A DNA stretch of 59,846 nucleotides, counting the filler, from Sphacelaria rigidula (Eukaryota): the NCBI GenBank assembly GCA_964200075.2. It is 8 parts of 8 records of this genome, joined end to end, with 100 filler letters (N's around TTAATTAATTAA, not from the genome) between each part and the next. Parts side by side here need not be neighbours in the genome. Positions count along the whole stretch, not along the records: positions 29,976 to 37,368 come from CAXNAA020015123.1; positions 37,469 to 44,861 come from CAXNAA020015124.1; positions 44,962 to 52,354 come from CAXNAA020015125.1; 5 more parts are not named here. The stretch is one strand, 5' to 3'. Positions within the stretch are counted from its first letter, which is position 1; each line of letters begins with the position of its first letter. Made by a program: the position numbers and the translations under genes. This document shows positions 34,671 through 47,737 of this stretch, piece after piece. The notes under the pieces are model-generated. The model was given only the letters and a program-made list of their open reading frames with translations, was not told the origin of the DNA and searched no databases.

Positions 34671-37600
34671 CGTAGCTTCGCGTCAGGGTACCGGCGTTGA
34701 AGGCCAGGTGGAGGAGGGAAAATGTTCCGAAAATAATTCTCCCGTCTAAGGGATCAAAAGCGGTGTGTTGTGGTGTGGTGTGACTGTTTCCGTTAAGTCG
34801 TTAGTGGGTTGTCGTCGGTTTCATGTCTGCCGGGGCGATCGCGAGTTGAAAAATAGGTGGGGTCTGGGGGGGAATAGTACAGAGAGAGACAATTTTTGAG
34901 ACCCAGATTGCTTATGTTTATAAGTTATATGATTATTATCAGAAAAAAGTAGTTCGGTATTATCGGAAAGATTTTGATCGAATAATCGTTTTTCATGGCG
35001 CAGGATGGTCGTTGTAGACGGGGGGGGGGGGGGGGAAGAGGACAAAAAGGTATATTTGTTTGGTTGTTTTTTCCCCCTCGTTTTGCCGAACAAACTCGTC
35101 GAGTGCAAAAGTGGTTTTAGTTTTGTGGAAAAAACACAAAAAGCCAAATTTTGGTGTACATGTGTATATGTATGTGCGTGTGCATGTGCATGTGCGTGCT
35201 TTGTTTTTTTCATTTAAGGAAATAACATGGCGAGATGCCTGACTGACTGTGTCAGTAGGTACCGGTACCCTCACATGAACGTCAAAAATACGCTTGTAAG
35301 CAGACGTCGACCTTTCACCGGCCGGCTGCACGGCAGCTAAATAACTTACTTGGATGGTTGGTGTTGTTAGTATAGCAAGCTGCGATGGGTCTTTGGTCGG
35401 GATATTGCGACCCCAGAAAAATAAATTCGGCATTTGTTCTCGTGACGGAATGACGGAGGCAAGGGAAAATGGGTGCTTGTAATCTTTGTATCCAGGAGAG
35501 ATGAGTTTATCCCTTGAGACCACGGACTCGTCCCGAGAAAGGGGGGGGGGTTCAAAGTGCGAAAATTAAAGGAAGAATGAAAAATAATAAACAAGGAGGG
35601 CACGGTGGGTTCAGGGAACGTGGATTTCGTGCTGCTGTGCCCATTTCTGCGTTGCTGCTCTCTCAATCATTTGGATCCAACCAAGGGACGTCGTCGTCGT
35701 CCTGCGAAATGCGCATATATATCCGGTACTATATTCGTGTTGAGGTGGTTTTCTGGTTGTGCAGTTATGACGTGTGGCGTGGCGGTATGTTCGTAGTGTG
35801 CAAGGAAACGTGGCCGAATGCTTGCTGTTCTGTGCGGCTTCTAGGATACTACTGCTGCCCGCCGTTTGATTGTTGCGGTACCTGTGATATGTGGAGGAGG
35901 CAGGACACTGATCGTAGCAACGTTTTTGCTGAGCGAGGCTCCACGCAGAAGAGGGGGGCAGGAGAGGAAGGGGTTGCGCGAATCTATTTTTTTTCTTCGT
36001 TTTTTTCTCGAGCCACTTCGGGTAGAACACGGCACCGACAGCAAACTTGATTTGCTCACTCCTGTGCCGGTCGGGGCTGAATGGACACTCATGGATTTAA
36101 TGACATTGAAACGGGGGTCCACTAAAATTCTAGCACGACGTGACTTTGCCATGCAATTCACAGCAACATGTTTGTATGTTGTACTTATATATATATTTTG
36201 TGTGCATGGGTTGAGGTATACGATTTGTGCATCGAAAACTAATCCAGTGGGGGGTGAGTAACAGCCTCTCCTTCAACTAAGCTGTTACCACCACCCTCGG
36301 TCATCAGCCAGACGTCATCTTTAGGTCCCTGAGCATCCCCCCGCAGTTTTCACGCAACACTCTGGCTCGAAATTTTTCGTGTGAGCTACTTGCTTGTGGG
36401 CACCAACAGCACGCGCTGTCTGCATCAATCAAGCGAGACAAATTTTACAGGGGGCACCCCTATCAACAGTAGTGCTGAAGTCCTCTCGGCCTATGGCGAA
36501 TAAGAAGGGAATTATCTTGTGCGTGCCTTCCGGAGCCGCGCCGTGTTTTCCTGTTTTGCCACCAGGAACCGACAGAAAGTTCGAACGGCTTTGATTAAAC
36601 GGCAGCGAAGAAAGCCACATCGCCGCTCACAGGGGCCGAAAGCGCGGTTGCCGTGTTTCTCGCATCATCGTGAAACCAGGCAAAGTCGGTCGATTATGAG
36701 GAGGCAGGCGAAGCCGTGATGGTAGGGGTTGCGCGCTGGTGGCATCATGTGTCCCGCCAAGACATGCTGCTCTCCTGCGCAACAACTATGCGTGTAAAAA
36801 AAATCCGCAAATAAATACTGTATTATGATTTTGATGTCCTCATCGCCATTTTACACGCTGGTCGTCCCGCTCGCTGCTTGTGAGACGAAAAGTGTGCGAC
36901 CTTGCACTTGTCGTTCGAGGTTTGAGAACTACAATCTGAAATTTTGAGGAGAGAGGTGCAAATCGATGATTTCAAGTTCACCGTTGAGGAAGTATACTAG
37001 TTATTTTTTCTTTCGGCTTCGGTTCATATGGCCGAATTTCTGGTTGAGACAACATAACAGAACAAAGTTCGCCCTTGTTCGAAATTTGAAGAATTAAAAG
37101 TAGTTGAAGAATGCTAATGTTATCGTTTTGGACCTCTCCTCACAAGTTCAGGTCGTGACTCTCAAACTTCGAGGGGAAAAAAATCCACGGAACATGCAAC
37201 TCCGCGACGGTGGGAAAAATCCCATTTGAATGTCCCACTGATCGTGTTCCTATTACAGTAGTCAGCGTCAGAAGTATGCAGAATCCGTAATTTCTTAGTT
37301 TCGCAGAGATTGTCCGTTTGTTTTTCTTGCCACCACACATCACAGTGACTGTTGGATGCCAAAAAATGNNNNNNNNNNNNNNNNNNNNNNNNNNNNNNNN
37401 NNNNNNNNNNNNTTAATTAATTAANNNNNNNNNNNNNNNNNNNNNNNNNNNNNNNNNNNNNNNNNNNNTCCCCACCACGCCGCGCTTCCGAGCGCAAAAG
37501 CAAGAAACAAATGAGCACCCCCCCCCCCCTATTGTGGGATGACTTGGAAGTGTTGGATAAGATGCCCTCCTTCCTTCAAGAAAAAATATCTGCTTATTCT

Positions 37601-38229
37601 GATATCGAGGCAATATCGCGAGGAAAAGGCGGATGGACAATTTCAATGTGCTCTACGGAAGTGCGTTTCAGTGTGTTTTTTTTAATGGCATTGATGCTTT
37701 TGACTTGGTTTTATCCCAAGCCCCAACAATAGGGTCGCTGTCAGCAAAAATAGAAAACATGGGTGTGTGTGTGGTTCCATTAACATGGATCACACCTTGA
37801 TCGATTGACTCTCAGGAGATGATCTCGGTTGACAGTGTGAATCTCGCGCCACTCAATGCGTGGCTGCGTAAAGAAAACGACTACGCGACCTCTACTCTGT
37901 TTTTCAAGCAGCTACCTACCATGTGGCATGCAAGAGTCGATGTTGCATCTCCAGATGACAGGCGACGCGAGAAACGCCGAACCTGGCACATAATCAAATA
38001 CTATCCTGTTGTGCTCACAGTATGAACTACGAAGTGGTGCACGAGAGTGATAATCCCAGCGATGAGACGACATACATTTGTCAACATGAGAGCTGCACCC
38101 ACGCGTGTTTCCGCGGGATCTCGCCTGGGCAGGACCCTTGACTGATGAATGATGGGACCTATGGTACCGACACCACAAGCCTGAGCTAGTGCCGGCTGAC
38201 GTTTATTCATTTCTGGGGTGTGGGGCCAT

Positions 38230-38770
38230 TGGCCATGGTACATGAAAAGGGACCACACCAGTTTGGTATGTGGTCGAGAGCCGTGATTGGCTTGTCATCA
38301 AGTACGGAGACTGGCACTACGAGCTGGGTCAGCTTAAAAACGGATTCAAGCTCTAAAAGCAATATCTCATCGACACAGACGAGTTGAGCCGTGATCCGCA
38401 TATCGTATTAATCTTCCAACCAAGGGGAAGGTGCTCATCTGCTCAGAAATCTGAGCCGATATTTTCTCGTTGATTAAGCCCCATGTCTAGTAATTTCTAC
38501 ACCTAACGGAGAAGGCGTCCATACTAAAATATCTATGAAACCCCGGATCGATGTATTCAGCGGATGACGGCGAGTTTTGGTGTGGGCATTCTCTAGAGCA
38601 CGGGGAGACGATAGATACCCTCACCTTCACCTCATTAGTTATCTATCTCGAGATATGGCGCGTATAATTTTAAATACTAAAATCAATATATTACGAGCAG
38701 AAGCACTAGATGCCCTAAATCTGGATATCGCGTCTCAGTTTTCGAAAGTTGGTCAATAAAATTTCTTTCT
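38230..38770 (+). mobile_element. Dispersed non-coding repeat (Helentron/HINE-like family), diverged copy
   Basis: Similar to 58180-58635 (tacgagctggg..agc...gcaatatctcatcgac...tatctcgagatatggcgc). Confidence 0.6.
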
Positions 38771-39519
38771 CAACGTACAAGCCAGCTGTTTTAAAGGGTA
38801 AGCATCGAGTTCTCTCAGAAAAGGGAAAACCAAAAGACACAAAGGGATTGTGATACACGTAGCTCACTTCTTGAAAAACGGCTTGCAGGCCAGAAGGTGA
38901 GACGTCGCGTAGCGCAGATGAAAGCTGATGATCCCTCTTCAGATTTGTTCTACGATAAGCATTTCTTTGACCGGTGGGTGGCAAATGGGGGAGGTGGGTA
39001 GCAGCCTATAGTCCGCTGTTTTGCAAACACATCCTCCTGCCTCGCTCACAATTTGCCAGGTTCTGCCTGTTGTTCCCGGGCCTAATCGGCGTGGGAGAAG
39101 AGAGTCAAACGTTCCTTGAATACGCCATCTGTTGAAGCGCCTACTTCGTGTTGGGTCGGTTCGGGGCGGGGTTGGCACAAAGCGGTGATTTCGGAATCAA
39201 GGGTGAGCCTAGCAGTTGGTGTACTCTCAGACGGAACGTTAAGGTCTACTCTTGCGTCGATTAGCGTGGAGGGTGTTGTGGTGGTGTTTGCAATATCATC
39301 ACCAAGGGAGGGGGGCACAGCCATGGTTTCGGCTATGGTTGGCAGGAGCTGTACGGTCGGGGTCGATTTTCTGGGGCCTTGCGTCGTGGAGGTTGAGGAG
39401 GCGCAAGGGAACTATCGGGGACCGGGCTGGGGACAGGGAGGGGAAGGTCAGGACCAGATACGGCTAATGTGGTGGCCGTTTCGGTGCTTCGCCGTCCACG
39501 AGTCCTACTCGAAATCAAA

Positions 39520-42500
39520 TCTCAAACTTGAACTAGTAAGACGGAATCAGCAAAGGACGGTTCCACACCTGCTGCGAAAACCATGTGCTGGCCAGTTGCA
39601 CGAAAATGATTATAGCCAACAGTATTCGTAGACAGTCCATTCCAAACTGAGTACAACGACTGAGGTTGCGAGCTGCCCAGAACTGATGCGTGGGCTGTGG
39701 TCGTCAGCCCACTTATCCCCAAAGCCGGCGTTTCTCTCAGTGGAAGTGGTGTGTAGAGACTTCTATGTCCATTCCTGCTCATGAAATATACAGTGTCTTC
39801 GGTGGGATCGGTGATACGTCCCATGGGGGATTCATCGATAGGTTGAGCTGGTGTGGGCAAGCGTGACAGAAAGTCGGCGTTTGCATTTCGCGGGCCTATG
39901 CGATATTTTAACTGGAAGTTGTAAGACGACAGGATTTCGAACCAGTGTTGTACCCTAGCGTTGTGTTTCACCATTTTGGCAAGGCTTTCCAAAGACTTAT
40001 GGCCCGTATAAATCACAAACGGGATGTCATACAGATGCTGACGCAGACGTCGCATGCCCCAAACAATTGCACCGGCCTCTTGTTCTATGACAGACCGATT
40101 CTGTTCATTCGGAAAAGTGGTGCGACTCAGATAGACAATGGGACGCAGAGTAGCATCGACTTTCTCCTGTTCTAATGTGCAGCCAAACCCAATGTTGGAA
40201 GAATCTGTATGGAGCCGGAAAGGGCAGAAACCCTGCTCCGCGGCCGACCAGTCGGGAAAGACGAGAATCGGCGGGCGCGAAAGGGTGCCAAGAAGACGGC
40301 GGACGTTTTTTTCATTTCCAATTTGAACACAAATTTCACCCCTTTTTTGAGGAGAGTGGTGAGGGGTTTGAGCGTTTGGGCAAGGTTTAGCAAGTACTGT
40401 CTGTAGTAGCTTAGACCTCCCAACAAAGAACGCAATTGAGAAATGTCCCGTGGCATGGGCATATCGGCGAGTGCGGTGACCTTGTCGAGGTTTGGGCTAC
40501 GACCTTCAGGGGTGATGCAATGACCCACGAACTCAATCTTCGTGACGCCAATGCGGGATTTGGAGGGGGCGAGTTTCAAGTTGTGCTGTTCAAACCGATT
40601 CAAGAATGATGCCACCTGTTCGACGTGTTCAGACGGTGTGGAGTCGTGGCACACCGCATCATCAAGGTACATATGGCATTTGGGCAATCCATCAGTTACA
40701 CGGAACATTACACGTTGAAACGCAACTGGAGCTCCGGCGGCACCTTGTGGTGTAACCAGCCACTCGTACAAACCTGATGACGTGCAAAATGCTGTCAGTT
40801 CAATAGAATTTGGATCCATCACGAGCTGGTGGTAGCCGAACTGTACGTCAAAGTTCGGACACTTTCTACGATAGCCCCCCCCCCCAAACTAGCTAAAATT
40901 GTCACGAGAAAAATGGCCATACAGCGCCTGATATTCGGCTTCAGGCTACATGAAGCGCCTCATATTGGCGACATTGTTTAGAACGAACCCAAGCGTGGGA
41001 ATTACGAGCTTCTCATTGTGCTCGGCTTTTCCCATTTCGATTTACGTGAAGATTTTGCCTCCCAAAACCATGCACTTTTGGGGGGGGCTATCGTAGAAAG
41101 TGTCTTCGAAAATACCTTACCCCCGCCAAGAGAGTCAATAATTTCATCAATCCGTGGAAGTGGCAGTCGGGCGATTTTGGTGACAGCGTTCAATCGTTGG
41201 TAATTGACCGTCAGTCTGATTTTTCCATTCTTCTTACGGATGACTACTAAAGGCAAGACCCACGGAGACGTTGAGTGCCGAATCAAACCGGCGGATAAGT
41301 AACCATCGAGAATTACCTGGGTCTTATTCGCTGAGAGGGGGTTCGTACGGTACGGACGCATAGCGATAGGCGGAGTGCCATCAGGTATATTGATCTTGAC
41401 CGGTGTCGTGATACATTGACCTAAATCCAAGGGTGCAGTAGAAAACCGTTCAGAATATCCAATCATGATGGATCTCAACCTGTCGATTACAGTGGGTGTC
41501 CAACCATCGCCAGATAGATCAAAAACAATATGCCGTACGTGAGGGGGAATGTCATCCCACAATGTTTGAAAACTGGCGCGCTGTTCTGGAGAAAATCTAT
41601 CCAGTAATGCAGTTGGGGGTCGAGGTTCAGGCGCATCTGGTGAACTTGTCACCACCATGGGGTCAGGCATGTGTAGCGGAGGGGGGGCCATGGATATCGG
41701 GGGGTCGGTCGGCGAGTTGTTGTCCGCAGGGGGGCACACATCTGAGAGAACGGTTCGTATGAGAGGCGCTTGAGCTTAACCCGACAACTGACCGTTGGGT
41801 ATATCGAAACATGCATGGGACGCGAGGTAAATGGCCTGCCTACCTTCGTGGACAAAGACTTTGGTCTGTTCAAACGGATCAACCTGTGTTTGGTCAGGTT
41901 TGAGCAATTCGACCAAATAATATCCTGTGAGGGCGGGCGATCTATTGCGTCTCACGAGGTTCGCTTGGATAAGTCGGGGTTCACGAGAAAGCGAGACTAC
42001 AGGTTCACCAACATAGTACAAACGGAAAGCATTACCTGCTTGCGTGGGGTCATCCTCATAAGCATGAGCTCCCGAATCAGTGTCGAAGTGACCCAGTGAC
42101 AGTTTACCTGTGACTGGACGGTTCGGGACAGATGTGTCTGTCGTATACGTGTGTGTGGAGAAACGAAGCCAACTATCTCGATCCAACAAAACATCAAAAG
42201 ACATGGAACCGTCGGGCACTATTAGTGCCCATACGGACAACCGAGCAGTGGGAGTAGTATCCTGGTAGAATTGTACACTTAGTCTCACCGATTGAATGAC
42301 CGTAAGAGATGTGGAGGAACCAAACCCACCAAAAACACGAGGGCGTACGGTGGACAGACAATGTTCGTTCACAGCGCCCGCGTTGATCATCTGTTGCCAG
42401 CAGCTGGCTGTAATAAATGTTTGAGGTGAACTAGAGTCTGGTAGTGCAAGGGCTATCAAATGACAGTTTGCACGCGCTCCACTGTGTAAACTTATCTTGG

Positions 42501-44780
42501 TCGTGAAAGAAGCACCATCCATAGTTGCAGTACCACTGACGAGATCGGGCCCGGATTCGGGATAGACATCTGACATATCCTGCTTTGCATTTTGAACGAA
42601 GGTGCTAAAATACACCCGTTGATGATCCTGTGGGACAAGCTTTTGGTCGGAAGGATGGTGCGTGCATGGATTGTCAGTGTTTGCGCCTGGAATATTTGTC
42701 TCATCAGTCGAGGGTTGAATCTCATATACTGCAACGGAGGGGCGATGCCGGGGAAGGGCAATGTCTTGGTTGGACCCGACAACGGATTTGTGCGTGGTGG
42801 TTCACCCTTATTGACCAACAGAGGGCAATGTCTTGGTTGGACCCGACAACTGATTTGTGCAAAGCGGAATCAATTACATTATCCAGCTTGGTCGGAACAG
42901 GGGACGATTCAGCGGGGCGCGGTGTTGAGTTTGATACGCCAATCAACTCAATACCATCGCTAGTTAGGGCCAACATGGGAGGTTTTGGAGGCGCTTCGTC
43001 TGGACGCGGGGTGAGTAAAGCTGTGCTGTTCAACCAGGCGTCTAATAAAGGGGCAAACGTGTGCGAGTTAGGAGACGAGTCGTCTTGTGTAACACTTTGT
43101 TTGCCTGGTGACGAACACACGATTGACGTGCCTTCATAATTAGGATGCGAACGTCCATGAGTCGAAGTCTCTGCCCCTACAGACGGCAATGCTGTATCGG
43201 AAATGGGTTCTAACACAGTGCACGAGAGGTGGTCAGGGAGCAGTAACGATCTGTTCAAAATCTGGGGAGTACCGGCCTGTTCCACTCTAAGGTTTTCATC
43301 TGTCTGAGCCCACACGCGATACGTTCCTTGGAGTTCACGTGCGCTTGCTACATCAGGATTATCTTCGTGATCATCTGGAGTAGCCCGCCTAGGGTGACGC
43401 GTATAGCGCACGAAAGAGTCGGCTGCTCCAGGAGCTATTGAAATGAGATCTCGGGCAGTCGAACCTAGGTCACGCTCTTGGCGCACCACTTGAGTCGCTG
43501 TCACTTGGGGTTCCATTCCAACCCGCTGAGCGACGGAAAGCATGGGTTTTTCGCGGTTGCGACCCTTCAAGGAATAATTACTCTCATCAAATGAAAAGGA
43601 ACCGGGTACCGTAGTTTTTGAGGAACTCGGTAGGGTGGTTAGCCGGGCACTCGAGCAGCTGGGGGGTGCCTGAGTGTGTGGCTTTGAATTTGGTGTTCTC
43701 CGATGAACGGTCGAAGAGGTCTTGTCTATCGTACCAGAAGATATTACGGCTCCTGATGCGGTAGAAACTGCACTACACGACTTCCTCTCCTCCGAAGGGA
43801 AGGAATTCGATTGAATATGATTCATACCTGGTGGATGGAAAACTGGGTGATCAAATCCAGGATTGAAACGTTGGGTTTGGTCACTGTTCAATTGATAGCC
43901 ATGCAACGGTGCACGGGCGTCGACTGTCTTGGAACCCTTCAAGGCAGTGTTAGCATATTCAGGGAACCCACACCACATGGTCGAACCCGCGGTAGCCGCC
44001 GTTGACTCACGTGTGTGATGTTTGTGACCTGGCCGAGCGAAAGAAAATTGTTGGGTACTTCTGCGGTGAGTTACCGGCAAGTGTTGGTTCCTAATTGGGG
44101 GGCTGTGCTAACGAGTGGGGCACAAACGGTCGTCAGGAGTATAAAATAAACGGGCAGGTGGTGGCGCCCAGGATTTTGGGTCAGCCACAAGTCCTGTGTT
44201 ACCCCGCTGTGTGCTGCTCGGAAACGCGGGGGCTTGGTGAACGTTCTCAAGAAATGGTCGAGTTGTGCGGTGAGCATCAGGGATGGGTTGTTGGGCGTCT
44301 TCCTGGCGTGGGGGACCCGTAGGACTAGGTGCAATCATCAGTGGTCGCCTCCCGTCTTGTGATCGTACCTGGTTCTGCGGTTGGGAGTTTGCCGGGTCAG
44401 ACAGTGTTAGGCGTGGCATCGAGTCACCGGGCCGCGTCTGGTAGTGCGCTGTATGGTACTGCGGGTTTTGGTAGCGGGAATCGGTACCATAAAAGCGATT
44501 ACCCCGTCTAGGGCGATTGTTTGGGCCACGCGTGTCACCGGATTGAGGGCGGCGGTAAGAAAGCATACGTGCTTGCCAAGTTGGCAAGCACGATGCATAT
44601 TGTGGATCGTGGAATATGTTATTCAAGACGCCGAATGCGTTACAAACGGTGCCTCGCAGGTGCGCATGGACTGGATGGGAACTCTGCCGTCGGCGGAGTA
44701 CCCAGTTTGTCCATCGAACCATACTCCGTAATTGAGGCATTTGTCCTTACACTCACGGATAAGCTCGTTACGAACGTTGC
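39520..44780 (-). mobile_element. Ty3/Gypsy element (gag-like, protease, RT, RNase H), degraded; no integrase seen
   Basis: ALPDSSSPQTFI and FDVLL (protease); SPWVLPLVVIRKKNGKIRLTVNY, PLPRIDE, TAFCT..GLYEW..PQG, MYLDD and LRSLLGGLSYYR (RT); VIYTGHKSL..NANADFLSR (RNase H). Confidence 0.93.
40858..41104. mobile_element. 247-bp MITE with a 4-bp TSD (TTCG) inserted in the Gypsy RT
   Basis: Perfect TIR GACACTTTCTACGATAG plus C-run; TTCG at 40854-40857 and 41105-41108. Excision restores KVFSNFDVQFGYHQ. A right end also lies at 52508-52570. Confidence 0.92.
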
Positions 44781-45624
44781 ACGGTTAGGACAAATCATAA
44801 TGGCTCAAAATCACCAAACTCGCGATTTCTTCTGCCTGATTGCCCGAAAGGGAGGAAAAAGNNNNNNNNNNNNNNNNNNNNNNNNNNNNNNNNNNNNNNN
44901 NNNNNTTAATTAATTAANNNNNNNNNNNNNNNNNNNNNNNNNNNNNNNNNNNNNNNNNNNNCCTGACAGCGCACCATTCCTCCGGAGTCCGACGCACCAG
45001 CGGCCAGTATTTGAATCTTCCGTTTCTCTGGGACGTTCAACGTCTCCCGTGCATTTTTGAGGAATTTACCCTGTATCCACACTTTCCCGTTTCCCTTCGC
45101 GGAATTAGCCCGTTTCTCCGCGGAATTTACTCTGGGACCACTGACTTCCCTAGCCACCATAATCTAAGGTTTCTCTACTCGGAATAACCGCAAACTGTTT
45201 CCGTCGCACTTTTCACGTCTTTCTCCTCCTTTGGATTGAACGCGCGGAACCCCCGACACCAGTAACGCGCCGAGCCGTTAGACTTTTCCCTCATGAAAAT
45301 CTAACACACCCTTTTCCCCCGGAACCAGTGATCTACTCTTCACCCGCCAATACAACGGAACCTTCATGTCTCTCCGGTGCCAGTGACGTTCACAGCCATT
45401 TGATATGGTGGCTTTGGCGCAGGGCAGTTTCACCAGTCACTCCGAAATCTGTGAGTGTGGCTTCCCGGCTTTGGCGTAGTCGGATTGCCGTGGTCAGTGG
45501 AAGTGCCCGACACCGGGTACGTTGACAACGATTACTTCTGCACATTTCATCAGTCGCCTACCTACTGTACGCTGTGTATGACTTTATATGACCCATGATG
45601 AACAACCGCCGCGGTTAAACAGCT

Positions 45625-46530
45625 AAACCCTTTGACGGCGGAGCTAGTCATCTGTTGAATCGGCATCAATTTCACTGGGAAACGTCTTGTGATCCAGATG
45701 GGCTACCCGCATCGCGGTCTGAGAGTTAACCCTGTGACCGTAGTCAGATAGCCGTGGTCGGCGGTGGTGTGCGACGCCACGCATGTTGACAATAATCTCT
45801 TTCGGACACCATTTTAGTCACTTGCTTGCTGTACCGCATTGTATGACTGTGTATGACCCATGAACAACCGCCGCGGTCACGCGGTCAACCCTTTGACGGC
45901 GAAATTAGGTCCTCTGTTGAATTGCCATCAATTTCACGTGAAAAAGTATTCTCGATTCCGATAACCGACCCGGTCACCTGCTGAATCATGATCAATTTCA
46001 CTGGGGAGAGTATGCGTGATCCAGGTGGACTACCCGCATCGCGGTCTGAGGGTTGACCCTTTGATCGTCAGGGTAGGCCATCTGGGCCATTGACGATTCA
46101 ATAAATGATCTTTATATGTGGTAGCGGTCACAGCATCAGATTATTTCCCATTATTATCAACCCTTTGGGGACCGGATTCTCAAAAGCATGCGGCTTGCAC
46201 GCAGCGGCCTTTTTGTTGATCAGCAACGTTTTTACTTGAAAACGAGTGAAAGTGATGCCGATTCACAAAAAGGCCCCTGAGTGCAAACTCTACATTTTTG
46301 TTGGGAACCGGTCCCGAAAGAGTTGGCCCTTTGACGGCGAGGGTAGGTCAGCTGCTGAATTGGCATCAATTTCACTCGAAAAAGTATGCGTTATCCAGAT
46401 GGACTACCCGCATCGCGGTCCAAGGGTTGACCCTTAGACCGCGAGGGTAGTCCATATCTGGATAATGCATACTTTTTTCAAGTGAAATTGATGGCGACTC
46501 AACAGGTTACCTACCCTCGCCGTCGAAGGG
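45625..46530. mobile_element. Cluster of piggyBac-like ~105-bp MITE copies, including an inverted dimer at 46327-46530
   Basis: ccctttgacggcg...tgttgaat.ggcatcaatttcac...catcgcggtc..agggtt(a/g)a units near 45628, 45889, 46327 and 46431. Confidence 0.75.
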
Positions 46531-47224
46531 TTAACACGACACATGCACCAGCACACTACTCGTACCAACGTTTTCGTGATTTCGAGAGTAGAGCTCTGAT
46601 TGAGAGCAGATTTGATCAGTCGCTTCAAATTAGCCAATTATTCATTCCGTGTGTGTGATGTTCTTTCCCTCCATCACTGGCGTGTGCTTACAGCTACATG
46701 GCGATATCCTACTCAGGGATGTCATGGGCCTCAGTGCCAAGGTACTACAGCAGGCATATTGGACCTCGTGTACAGGCATTTCAGAACTGATACGAAGCAT
46801 TCACTGATAGACCGATTTTCTCTCTCAATCGCATCCTCTACTTTCAATATCATGAAAACACTGTTTCGTATATCCACGCATCTATATCCGAGCGCACCGA
46901 GCAAGCCATGGCCACTGCGCTGTTGGGGACAGTATAAGAGTCGTACAGTGAGTTGAGCAAAAATGGCACAGTACTACAGTACACACGCAGTTGCAAATAG
47001 TGTAGTGGTGTACTGTGTTCGAACATCTAATTGCCAGAGAATGAAATTTGTCGCGTTGAATTAAATGATGTAATCTACTTGTCGTTTTCTGCGTCACGAA
47101 GGGCGTATTATTTTTTCAAGTACCCGGGAGCAGCTGTGATTTGGTGCCGAACACATGGGGCATACCTTTCGATATATGTACAAGGAGTTCGGCCACGAAC
47201 CAAAGCTTGAACGCAATCGTTCAA

Positions 47225-47737
47225 TCGTTTGACCGCGAGGGTAGGTAGGTCATCTGGCTGTGATAACATCTTTGCCAGATTCACAACGGATTTTGCTTTC
47301 GAAACGGGAGGTTTTTCGTTATTTATAACAAGGCGGTCTAATCGCCCGGAACGTCCGTCACCCCCCTGAAAGCCCGTGATCTGACGGGAGTTGAGCTCAA
47401 TCAGATTTAAAATCGCGGTGGTGCCCTACGTGAGATACGGCTGAAATGTGCGTTTGTTTCCCTTCCTAATTTGGACACATTTTCCCTTATAACTCTGTAC
47501 TGATCATGTCTATTTCAAATATTCTCGCACCACAATTCACGTCAGATAACGGGCTTTCAGCGGGGTGACGGCCGTTTCGGACGATCCGACCGCGTTGGTG
47601 TCAATCACGGAAAACCTTCCATTTCGGAAAAAAACCCAACCAATATCACAAACATGTTGTTCTCTGTTTTCATTTTCCAAGTTAATTTGATGCTGATCAA
47701 ACACATGACCTATCTATGCTCGTGGTCAGAGGTTTGA
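47225..47737. mobile_element. ~510-bp foldback element with ends related to the piggyBac-like MITE
   Basis: Outer ttgaccgcgagggtagg / cctatctatgctcgtggtca and long inner inverted arms (47295-47390 versus 47537-47635). Confidence 0.65.

Noticed and set aside
42722-44080. 452-aa ORF as a host gene
   Set aside because: S/T/P-rich linker between the gag-like region and protease of the Gypsy element.
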